A stretch of DNA of 64,000 nt from Vermamoeba vermiformis (lineage: Eukaryota). The notes below the pieces were generated by a model. That model was not told where the DNA came from. It saw only the letters and a program-made list of their open reading frames with translations, and did no database searches. The stretch lies in contig JBEWZL010000227.1 of NCBI GenBank assembly GCA_045837725.1, positions 186,001 through 250,000 of the forward strand. The letters are read 5' to 3'. Shown here one piece after another: positions 1-20,633 of this stretch. How positions within the stretch are numbered: the first letter of the stretch is position 1; every line of letters starts with the position of its first letter. A program made the position numbers and the translations under genes.

Positions 1-367
1 AAAGGGAGCGATAACATCTTTGACCCATGGCTTGGCAGTGTCGTTGTCTAAATATAGAATACGTGTTAATTGTGTTTCTCCTGGCTGGATCGACGTGTCG
101 AACTGGAAAAAGAGCTCTGTCGCGAAACAAGTACGTGCTCGGTAACGAAAACTCGGGCTTCCCACATTTATTTAACTCTTATTATTGCTTTTAAAGGCTG
201 AGCTGAAGAAAGAAGATCACGAGCAACATCCTGTTGGTCGCGTTGGAGTTCCTGAGGACATCGCATCTGCCTGTTTTTACCTCTCGCATGAAGACGCTGG
301 GTTCGTTACAGGTCAAAATATTTTTGTTGACGGAGGTATGACGAAAAAAATGATTTACGTTGAATAA
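1..367 (+). CDS. Short-chain dehydrogenase/reductase (SDR), 3' part only
   Basis: Splicing a GT-AG intron at 131-196 gives [31 protein letters not shown]...[19 protein letters not shown]...[14 protein letters not shown], the classical SDR C-terminal motifs. The 5' end lies outside the window. Confidence 0.9.
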
Positions 368-442
368 ACCCGAGAGCATTATTAATTACAGCAACGCGAA
401 ATTTTAATTTTTTTAGCTGTCACAATCCACGACCATAATAGC

Positions 443-1889
443 ATGTTACTTCTTAGTAATAAAGTTCGAGAGAAGTATGAGCATAAGGCTTTCTCTAGAA
501 TAAGTGTAAGCATACCTGATTATTTTCATAAAAAATGTCATTATTTTAATTGGTTGCTTTGTAGGAATATAGCGTGGCTTATCCTGCCGTTGATGATAAA
601 GGGAAGGAATATTTCGTTAAACAAATAAACGGTTCAATTAGGAATGGACGGATAAGACCTTTGATCTGTCGTGAAATCTTTTTGTTGGAGGAACTGGGGG
701 ATCATTTCAATATTGTTCAGTTGCACGAAATTATAAAAGATGATCCGCCAAGCGATAGATTGAGCCTGATTTTTGAAAAGGGAGGTAGGCATCCGCGTAG
801 AAATTAAATTTAATTATTTATTTATTTTAAATTTCTAGGCTATCCTTTAAGCACTCTTATTAATTTTTTTGGCAATAATGACGAAAATAGAGTTCACACA
901 ATGTATCAACTGCTCTGCGGTCTGAAGTACATCCACAGCGCGGGAATTATTCATTCAGAACTGCGAGTAAGTAGAGTCATTTTTTAGTCATCTTACCTAA
1001 TATATGTATCATTAGCCACAATTTTTGCTTAGAAACAGTGACGATAAGCTTGTAATAACGCATTTTCGACACGCGATGTCAGCCAACAAAAAGCAGCCGA
1101 TCCACGATAAATGCACTTTTCTAATTCAAGAAGATACATGGTATAAGGCTCCTGAATGGTGGTTAAACACTAATAAGTAAGAAAGCGGATTCATTTAAAA
1201 AGCAACAAAAATTGTTGGATGCGACAATTTATTGCTTTCGATTACTTATTTGTTATTTAATTATTATGTACCATAGGGTATCTACTGCGAGCGATATGTG
1301 GGCATTTGGATGTATCGTAGCAGAGGTTTACTTAGCCAAGCCACTATTTAAGAAAACAGCGAATGAAGATCAGCTTAAGAAAATTTTTGAAACGATTGGA
1401 GCACCAAAAGGAGAAGATCTACTATGTTATGATTTGGATTATAGTCTTGAAGAAAAAATTTCAAGCATGGATATCAAGAAAAGCGGATCTCTGCGAGAAC
1501 TATTCGAGAAAAAGCCGTTGGTGCTGGATCTGCTAGAAAAGTTGCTCGAATATAATCCTAGCAAGAGATTAACGGCTGAAGAGGCGTTAAAACATCCTTT
1601 ATTTGAACAATTGCATTTACCAGAGGATGAGCCTCGTTTCGACTTTTCCAAATTTGGAATTGAAGGCGATTGGGAGCGAGCCAGTCTCATTGATATATTC
1701 GACGACAGCAATCAACGGAGGATCGAGATGATTGTTTTAGCTCATAATATCGCAAGAAGTCGGGATGCGTTGGAACTCTTTCCGATCGAGATCTGGGAGC
1801 TCATATTTAAGTTCATTCAGCTGCCAGTTTTTGGTTCATGCCATAAATTAGTCGAGTCCATATTTTCTGAGTGTAAAATGCAACAATAA
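443..1889 (+). CDS. MAPK-like (CMGC) kinase-fold protein, probably a pseudokinase, with a C-terminal F-box-like module
   Basis: About five exons give [56 protein letters not shown] and NPSKRLTAEEALKHP..LHLPEDEP, which is MAPK-like. The catalytic motifs are altered. Confidence 0.85.
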
Positions 1890-2155
1890 ACTTTTAAGTT
1901 TGAAAGATTTGATCGAGGGTTAGGGTTTGCATCCGGTACAAAATAAGATCTACATTCCAATGAACAACGACATGAAAGATTACGGCTCCAAAAATAGGCT
2001 ATAACCAATGCAAGTATATTAATTTAAAAGGAATATTTAAAAGTACGGTCTAATATTTATTTTTGACGAGAGCTTTGGTTACAAGATCCGCATCCACGGC
2101 GCGAATCTTAGTTTGACGTAAAATGATGTGCCAAAGTTCTATGGGTAGTATCGTA

Positions 2156-3833
2156 TTATGTATAGCCAGGTTGTGCACCAACACGATAAAATCGCTGCGG
2201 ATCTGGTTGCGGATATTTTTGATTTTCTTTCAAGACCGGCTCGTAATCTTCCAAGTAGTGATGCGTTCTAAATTTGGTAATATTTTTGTTCTGTCTTAAT
2301 GCTTCTGTGAATTGTTCTTCAATTTCTTCATCGTCCAGGAGTTTAAAAAAATCAAATCTCAGATCCATTTCCATAATTGTCTTGTTGTGCATTACAACGT
2401 TAATGAATGGATCGACATTTTCGTATCTGACATACGACAATTTAAATCGCTTTAAAGTTTCGTTCTTAATTAACGCCTCGCTTAATCTTCCAACCGACTC
2501 CGGGATTGTTGTTCTTTCCTTAATTGTTAAACTCTCCAAATTAGTACAATTCGACTCCAATACTTGTGACAGTATGTCTATGACTTCTTCGGTTATGTCA
2601 GCATCAATTAGTGTCAGAGATGTTAAAATTTTGTTGTTCTTGAGAATATTTCCTAAATAGGAAGTATCGCATCCGGCCATCATATTCTTCAGGGACAAGT
2701 TGGTTATAGTCTTATGATTTTGAATTATTCCGCAAAATGTCTCGACTTCTTGCTGATTCATGTCGCTTTTCTCGAACAATTTGACGGCCAATCGTTGAAT
2801 TTTTGCAGTCCGCAAGTAATCGTTGAATGCATTAGCTCCACCTACGATGTCGTTGATGGTTAAATCTGTCAACGAGGGCATTTCGCGTAAATATTGCAAA
2901 AAATCAGCGAATTCTTCCCCGTTTCTAAACTGACTTAATTCCAACTTGGTAATTTTCTGGTTGGATCTAAGGCCGTGCGTTAAATTGACGTCTATAGTAT
3001 CTTCAAATATTATAGAGGTAATATTGCTATCATTTTCTTGGATGAAGTGATTTAGGGCGATGATTTCACTTTGTTTGAAACTAGAAATTTGGATCTCGGA
3101 CAATTTCGGAGAATTTTTGAGCAATGCCCAAAAGGCTTTTGCATCGCGATCCATTAAACAATGGCTTATTGCTAATGAAGTGATAGTAGGGTGGTTTTGA
3201 AGTGATTCGCATAATTTTTTGTAAGATCCGTCCGTCCTGCTTAATAAATGTAGTTCAAGTTTTAATAACGCGCTCATCGTCCGAATAGTTTGCATAAGCA
3301 TTTCAATATTCGCATCATTGAATGAATGCTCGTAGATGTACAGTGATGTTATTGTTGAATTATTCTGCAAAGTGTTACAAAGCTGGATGAGGCTCTGATC
3401 AGAGCTTTGCGCCTTCTTATGGTTAGTTATCGATAACTCTCGTAAGAACGTCTTATTATTGGCTATAATACTGCTAATGTGATTATAATATTGATCGTTG
3501 TTGCGTCCGCCATTGAGTGTGGAAAATTGAGTTAAAGTGGTGATCGACTGAAAAAAGCGGTCGTGCTCTACGTAATCCTCATGCCAATCTATCAATAAGT
3601 TCTTAACATTTCGAAGAAATCTGGATTCATTGCGAATGTCTCCAAGGCTGCCGAGCTTACGCTGAAAGAAAAGTAAATTAATTTTAAAACAATACGTTTT
3701 ATCCAGATTTTGCACGAACATCGCCAATAAATGCGTAAGCTAATTTTAGGGTATTTATTAAACAATTTTGGAATAACTAAATTGATCTGCCGTGGATTCC
3801 TGAATAATTCCTGTAACTCCGCGGACTTACCAT
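2156..3833 (-). CDS. RNI-like leucine-rich repeat protein
   Basis: 523-aa ORF with repeated LxxNxTITSLxL units. Probable ATG-only first exon at 3831-3833 followed by a GTAAGT intron. Confidence 0.8.
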
Positions 3834-4175
3834 GTTTCTTCTATCTAATATTCGTTCTATAATATTGAATAAAACTAGTTATTGTGCTGCAGTGTTAGGA
3901 ATGTTAACTACAATGCCGGAGAAAAAAGAAAGATGTATGAACCCTGCTTGCGATATGGCTAAAAAAAAGGCGAGATTCGCTACGAAGAATTATGTTTTTT
4001 ATTTCGGTGAGAAGTTATAAATATGCTTAAAGGCATGCACAACTTCACTCGCGACTGTACCTTGCAACGCAAGACGAGTAAGTTGAGTGAATGGTTTCAA
4101 ACTAAGCACATCCTCGTCTCCGCTGAGACCGCTAACCAAAAAAAATGCGCGAAATCATCGTGAGCGTATTGCCGT

Positions 4176-5891
4176 TTATTTCAGTTGATAGATATGATTA
4201 AACTTTTTCTTAGCTTCGTTAGTCACTCCGACGGGCAGCCCAAGACGAGTGAGTTGAGTTAACGGCAGTAACATTAATGCTTGATCGTCATCGATTGGAT
4301 TGACAATAATAAGTTTTCTAAGTGAAGTCAGGGCAGTAATAATGCTTTTGTTCCAAAATCCTAATGAATTCCGAGAATAAATTCGGAGGGCTTTCAGATC
4401 CGTAAGTTTTGTCAAGAACTGAACATCAATATCCACGTTCCTCGCTAAACTCAACGATGTTAGTCTTGTCAATGATTCTATTCCTCGAATAGTGCCATCA
4501 TTAATGAACTTCGTCAAGAGCTGAAGCCGCTCCAAGTTGGTCAGATCCAACAAATTCAAATCTCCTTCGTGTTCTGTAGTTGAGATGTTGAGAGCCTTCA
4601 ATGTTGTAAGCCTTGTTAAATACTTTGCGTCCTCGGTCGCATAATAAAATGATTTGAGGAACGTCAAATTTGTCAGATGCGTCAACCAACCAAAGTGAGA
4701 TCCGTTATAAATGTGGAGTCTTTCGAGTGTTATTAATCGCGAAATTTCTGGTGAAACTGTGACTCGAGCGCCTTTTAATTTTAATTGAGTGAGTTTTGAC
4801 GAGGCAAAGTACGGACAGATCAGATCCAAATCGATCTCTAAATAGAATCCGAAAAACTTTAAACTCTCAAGCGCTGTCAGTGCTGTCATAAAACTTGGTG
4901 CTTCAATATATTTGTTGGGACCATAATTAATAGACAAGGCTCGTAGATTTGTTAGACTTGTCAGTTCTGTTGTTCGTGATGGATCCGCGAACTTAAGATA
5001 GGTCAATTTCGTATTCATATTGATTCCATCTGACAATTTTCCTACTTCTAAACTTTCCAAATTTGGTAATAGCCTTTGCGGGAATGCCTGTCGTGGATTT
5101 AGGCAGACAAAGCGTTTGAGACCTGTCAAAAGTGTCATAATGTCATCTTCAATTTTCATTGTTTCGTGCCCAACGTCATTGATAGTTAGCGAAGTGAGTT
5201 TTTCTGGACATATTAACTCTGGCAATAACTTGATAAACGGTACCGGGAAAAATTCCAGATGTCGTAAATTTGTCAGTGAAAGGACCTGCTGAGCCAACGC
5301 GATGTTATCGTGAATATTAATGCTGACTATATTTGGAAGGGAAGGCAATAATGATCGATAAGGCATTAAGTGTTTGTCTTTGATATCCAGTACTTGTAAA
5401 TTTGTCAAAGTCGTCAAGCGCATCCACCTGGCACGCACTGGCCATTCAAATTCTTGATCAGGAATAGATAATCGGGTTAAGTTCGTCAATATAGATAGCT
5501 TCAAAAATTCATCAACTTCTTGTGGCGCTGCTCTCCAGGACGGAGCTATGCGTGATTTTTTGAATGTGATCCCGATCGGATGTAAATATTCTGACACTCG
5601 CTTGATAACTGCCGGTAATTGCTCTTTTGTGGTATAATAAAATGTAAAATCATCGATGTTTATACTTTTGAGCCAATCTGTGTTCGTTAGACGTGCAGAA
5701 AATCTTGATCTCTCATCCAAATAATCTAAAATTATTTGTAAAATCTCCAACGGCAACGAATCCTATATTATAAGTTATTATGAGCAAATTAAGGATTGAA
5801 ATTGGTTAATTAATTAATTTCCTCTACTTAGCGAGTTTCAATCATTTCAAGTTCAAGTTGTAAGGCCTAAACCATCGTATTTGCTTACCAT
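4176..5891 (-). CDS. F-box + leucine-rich repeat protein
   Basis: MDSLPLEILQIILDYLDERSRFSARLTNTDW F-box after an ATG|GTAAGC intron, followed by many LTxLTNLxxL repeats in a 526-aa ORF. Confidence 0.85.
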
Positions 5892-6006
5892 TAATCTATT
5901 TGTTACTATTGTTGCTATTGGTTTGGACCGGAAAATAAAAAGAAATGTTCGGAGCTTGGCCACGATGGTTATTTTTAAAACCCCACGGATCAATTTACAA
6001 TCCAAT

Positions 6007-7158
6007 TTACAAATAATATCCTTGTTTCTCCATAAGATTTCCGTGTCCAGATTCGTCATAATCATAGCGAGTAATCCAAAAATGATTGCGCCAAAACGGT
6101 TGTGCTAATAACATCGAAGCTCCTCTAAACGTGTTACAGGTTCTACATTCTGCGCTATCTTTTCTGAATCGTATTGTGTTACTATATTTAGGTGCAAGTA
6201 GTCCAAGCTCTTTTGTAAGTCGCGGAACAATTCCAGGAAGTTTCGTGTTACCCCCTGAAAGGACGATGTTTGAATATAATTCGCTATGAATACTAGGCTC
6301 GCACTTTTGAATCGTTGTATGTATCATCTTGTGAACGCCATCTCTTTCAAGACCATATAGTTCCGGCTGGAATATTATTTCGTTGTGTTTGAAAATATCG
6401 TGGTGAAACTGCCAGATCTGACCATCAGCAAATTGGTACTGAAAATTGACTTCATCGTTACTTTTTTTCATTTCGCTATCATAATCTAGTGCTATATATC
6501 CGTGTTTCTCTATTATATCGTTGAGCATGTTTCGTTGTCCGTAAGAATCGTAAGATCCACGACCACTGTCAGTCAACGACTTCGCGAAGGACCCTAGAAT
6601 ATCCTGACGACCTATATCGAGTGTGACTAGGGAGGATAATATGCCCTTGCCGTCCTTAACAGCCATCGAGAATGTAGTCTGTCCGTCGGAGCATAGCACG
6701 ACGCCAGTACCCAAGCCAAGAGCACTGATCGCGGCACTCGCCGAATTCACAAAACACATTCCGGCGAGTTCTAATTCGCCAAATAAATATTCTGCTAATT
6801 TTTTACGAGTGTTTGAAGGTGTAGCTGGGTGTTCTATAAACATCAGTCCTGATTCGGCCGGATCGTGGCGAACTTCGTTGTACAAAGCGTGCCATAATAT
6901 CTTCTCCACAAATTTCCAGTTTGATACTATTCCTCTGGTAATAGGGAATTCCAACTCTTGCACGCCAACTTTGGATAGCGCTTCATCGCCAACGAAAACG
7001 TCTTTGATGCCAATTCCAGCGTTTATGTCTTGCTTGCGACTCGGAGGGTATCCGATGACCGTAGGGAATACATGCTCGGGTATTTCATCGGGTATTCCTA
7101 TTTTTGTGTAGGTTGAGCCAAGATCGATAATTAATGGGTCAAAAGTCGTATCTTCCAT
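6007..7158 (-). CDS. Divergent actin-like protein (paralog 1)
   Basis: Uninterrupted 383-aa ORF with IIDLGS..TKIG, VFPTVIG, DVFVGDEALSK, FPITRGIVSNW and LYSNIVLSGGNT. Confidence 0.9.
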   Translation of the reverse strand: MEDTTFDPLIIDLGSTYTKIGIPDEIPEHVFPTVIGYPPSRKQDINAGIGIKDVFVGDEALSKVGVQELEFPITRGIVSNWKFVEKILWHALYNEVRHDPAESGLMFIEHPATPSNTRKKLAEYLFGELELAGMCFVNSASAAISALGLGTGVVLCSDGQTTFSMAVKDGKGILSSLVTLDIGRQDILGSFAKSLTDSGRGSYDSYGQRNMLNDIIEKHGYIALDYDSEMKKSNDEVNFQYQFADGQIWQFHHDIFKHNEIIFQPELYGLERDGVHKMIHTTIQKCEPSIHSELYSNIVLSGGNTKLPGIVPRLTKELGLLAPKYSNTIRFRKDSAECRTCNTFRGASMLLAQPFWRNHFWITRYDYDESGHGNLMEKQGYYL

Positions 7159-7456
7159 ATCGATAATTCTGATTCTCTGTATTAGAAATAATATTATTAA
7201 CTTTTGAAAAATTACACCATCAGAGGGCAGCTAAATGCAACCTACGCTAAATAAATTCGGCGATCAGATGCCTGTAACGTTAGCTCGCAGATCCAAATGG
7301 TTGTCCTCACAAGATGTCTCTACCTCATGACATTTGTCACGTATAATTATGTAGGTAATGGTTCAATCGTGTCCACAAATGCAACAAAATTGACAAATAA
7401 AAATTTCTATTGGTTGAGGCCATTTACATCACAAGTTAATATTGATACCTCACATA

Positions 7457-8326
7457 ATGTCGAGTAAGTATATTTTAAGGATGGTTGTTTGAGAATTAAT
7501 TCTGATCTGTGAATTTTAGAGAAAGGTCCAATTACGATCTTGCTTCTCGGTTTGACAAACGCGGGAAAAACAACGATTCAATTCCGCCTAAAATTCGATG
7601 AAGTATGCACTACTATTCCAAGTAAGTCTAAGCTCGTTTGGTTCGAATTTGGATTCCAGCCACATCTAAAAATCTGTAAATTAATCAATCACGCTTTTTA
7701 TTGACTCGTACTAAAGTTATACTTATTTAATTAGCCGAGGGCTTTAATTTTCACAATCTCCAATACAAAAAAACGAAAATCGAGTGCTGGGATTATGGAG
7801 GCAGCAAAAGTGTTCAAGAGAAGCTTTGGCCTGAAGCAATTAGCAAAGCCAATGGAATATTCTGGGTAGTAGAAGCTAGTAATACTAGTACTATCAAGGA
7901 ATCGGTTGAAACGCTCGCTTCAGTCGTTGCGAAGTTGCCAACCCAAATCCCGATCTGCGTTTTAGCGAACAAATGCGATCTGCCTAGCGCTATGCCTGAA
8001 GGAGAAATTGTCGAGGAATTTTCAAGATTTCCTGCTGCCAAAGTCTTTCGGGTCAGCGCGATGGAGTCAAAAACTTTACATGCCGGTTAGTTTCGCTCCG
8101 ATCTGAATTGCAAAATTCTAAATTGAAGCTCCAAATTAATATATTTTTAAAGCATTGGAGTGGCTCGTGAACGAAGTTACTGGTAAGAGTAAAGACAAAA
8201 AGAAAGAGAAGAAAGAAAGAAAAGAAGGAAAAGAAGACCAAAAAAGACAAGAAAAACAAGGAAGATAAGAAAAACGAGGAAGTTGAAGTGAAACCAGATT
8301 TTAGCGGACTGAAATTAACGGATTAA
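7457..8326 (+). CDS. Divergent Arf/Arl-family small GTPase with a Lys/Glu-rich tail
   Basis: Four exons give MSKKGPITILLLGLTNAGKTT, TTIPTEGFN, WDYGGS, LANKCDLP, VSA, LEWL and a charged tail. Missed by the ORF track. Confidence 0.85.
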
Positions 8327-8737
8327 CACGAAGTCAAAATAAAATATCTTATGGATCACGAACCAACGTCGACCAGTTGATAGACACGGTCATTCCATGT
8401 AGAAAGTACGCAGCATACGTTCTGCTCCATTCGAAGATTTGAAGAGTACTAGCATGAGTTGCAGTAAGTAAGACATTTCGTCGGATCGTGGATCCTGATT
8501 TGCGCTCTCGTGGAATTCTGGTTTGTCGGTGCGGAACAACTATGTTGTTGATCAGATCTTAGTCGGACTTTCAAAATTATCGAATGAGCAAATTTCGAGT
8601 ATTAATGCCATGCACGTGCTTGTCGGGTGATAGTCCGGGCTCTATCTAAAAGCGACTTTATTTGCTCTGAGCTTTCAATGACAAAAAGATAAAATCGTAT
8701 AAATAACCTGTTATTAACAATACAGTTTGAATTAGTT

Positions 8738-9439
8738 TTAGTAGTAGAAATCGAGCTCAATGTGGTGACTTACGCCTCGGCTTTGGTACTCTTGCGTCAC
8801 CTTCTCTTGACGCAGCTGACTATGCTCACAATCGAGTTGAGCTGCAGCGTGTATGTAATTGAAGCAGTCCATATGACCGTTGCGCATTGCCACACGGCAT
8901 GCCTGACTGGTTAAGGCACATCCGGATTTGTGAGCGTACTTCAAGCATTCTAGTTGGCCACTCTCTGCTGCTGCTGTGCATGTCAATTCGTCCCACGGGA
9001 AATTTCGCTCATCGTGAAGATATTTAAGCACGTGGAGGTGACCATTTTTCGCGGCAGATGCGGGTACCATGCGATCCGCTTCACATCCGTTCTCTATGGC
9101 ATATTTAAGAATTTCCAAGTGTCCTTTTTCAGCCGCAACTATCGTAGTGTGTTTATCCCATTGAGCACCAATTTCTCGCCAATAGATCAAGCCCGAAAGT
9201 TGACCTGTGGACGCGAAATAACTACAGAGAGTATTTCTTGCATTAGAAAAATCTTCATTAGCTGGTAATGGATATAAACTGGTGTATTTTTTGCATATTT
9301 CGTTTAATTGTTTGGATGTACGTCTGATAAAAACGAGTTGGATTCTGATCTCCATCTCGATGCCTATTTGGGAGGCCACTTGTTGGTCAATTATATGCGA
9401 AAATATTTCTTTCCAAATATCACTACTGAGATTTTCCAT
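8738..9439 (-). CDS. F-box-like N-terminus + ankyrin-repeat protein
   Basis: Intronless 233-aa ORF. LSSDIWKEIFSHI is followed by repeats AAEKGHLEILKYAIENGC, AAKNGHLHVLKYLH and PWDELTCTAAAESGQLECLKYAH. Confidence 0.85.
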   Translation of the reverse strand: MENLSSDIWKEIFSHIIDQQVASQIGIEMEIRIQLVFIRRTSKQLNEICKKYTSLYPLPANEDFSNARNTLCSYFASTGQLSGLIYWREIGAQWDKHTTIVAAEKGHLEILKYAIENGCEADRMVPASAAKNGHLHVLKYLHDERNFPWDELTCTAAAESGQLECLKYAHKSGCALTSQACRVAMRNGHMDCFNYIHAAAQLDCEHSQLRQEKVTQEYQSRGVSHHIELDFYY

Positions 9440-9710
9440 AGTGTGCTTCTAAATGAACAAAATTAACAAAATTAAATCAGATGGCTAGATCCGGCGCTGC
9501 GCTTGGCCGAACATGTTAGATTACCTTTGCAACTTCTATTATTTAGTGCTATTATTTTGTTGCAATCAAATCGAGAGCTTCAAAACAAAACAGAAAAACG
9601 AAAACACGAAAATATTGAAACAATATTTTCGAAAATTGTGTGATCTCGACGATTTTCAGGAAATTTACGAGTTAGTACAATAGATAATCGTGTTACAACT
9701 CTTCGCGCTC

Positions 9711-14643
<4,933 letters not shown>

Positions 14644-15404
14644 TACTGTAGAGCAGATCTAGTGACCGGATTGAAAGTTCTTTTGTGTTTGCGCCAGCAG
14701 CGGCAAATAAAATTGACATAAAATAACCATGACCTCGGGAAAACATTTTTTGGAGCGGAACTCGTAATAATCTTCGTGTTCCGAGTATGCGAGAATTCGG
14801 TTGTGTGTGCCAAACTCGCGCGACACCCAAACTCGGAATTACGTCGTGCAAGTAACAATACAAGCGCCATTGTGGCTATGTCCAATAATGATCAAATTTT
14901 GCTCTATTTGCACGGATCGGAATTTTGGAAGTTGTGTGGGCCGATTTTTGTCTGATCTAGCTGGAGATCGATTCAGTCTAAAGAATATTCTAATATTATT
15001 AATTAGTATAACCACGTAAGTATTACATCTCAGAAGGAAGTTGAAGCGCAATCCGATCGGATTTTTTTTGCTTTTTTTCTCCACTTCACGAGCTTCAGCT
15101 TAGTTAATAAAACGATCTATAATAATATGAATATTTAAATCATCAAGCGATTTTTCTCGAATTTTGTTTCATATTTTTACCTGCGAGATTCAAATCCGCC
15201 GAAACGAAGCGGACAAACAGAACACCGCCATAATATTATTGTATTCACGCATTAAATAGTCCGTACATAATATGAAGTTCAGAAGGAAATGTGGTGTACG
15301 GATGCAGGATTTGAAATTTTATCGAAGGGTTCTTCCAAAACAACCCAACACGAGAGGCGACATTCCGTCCTTCAACACGGTTTGAAAGTGATATTAAGAC
15401 CCTT

Positions 15405-20273
<4,869 letters not shown>

Positions 20274-20633
20274 CTCTGGAGCAGATCCCGTCTATTAAGG
20301 TTCTAAGCGTACGCACCTCTGTGTGGCAAAAAAATTAATTGAAATGCTCACCGCTGGTAGAAAAAATTTTTTTTGATCTGCGTAACAATCATGTTACGAT
20401 TGTACGAGAATTTGTCTTTTGTTATGAGGCACCGTAAGTCGGAAGAACATTGTTACGCGGTGTACACAATTTCCAATCTTAAGGTAAGGGGGTTAATTTA
20501 AGCACTTACCAAAGTTAAAGTTATTAAGCCCATTTTTCTATTGCTAACGAACAACTTTTTGACCTGGATTCGTTTCTCATCCATAATCGGCTAAAACGTT
20601 TATATTATTATATACATTGATTTACCTTGCATT

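Noticed and set aside
8053-8259. Phe/Leu-rich membrane-like ORF on the minus strand
   Set aside because: Antisense of the purine-rich Lys/Glu tail of the Arf-like gene.
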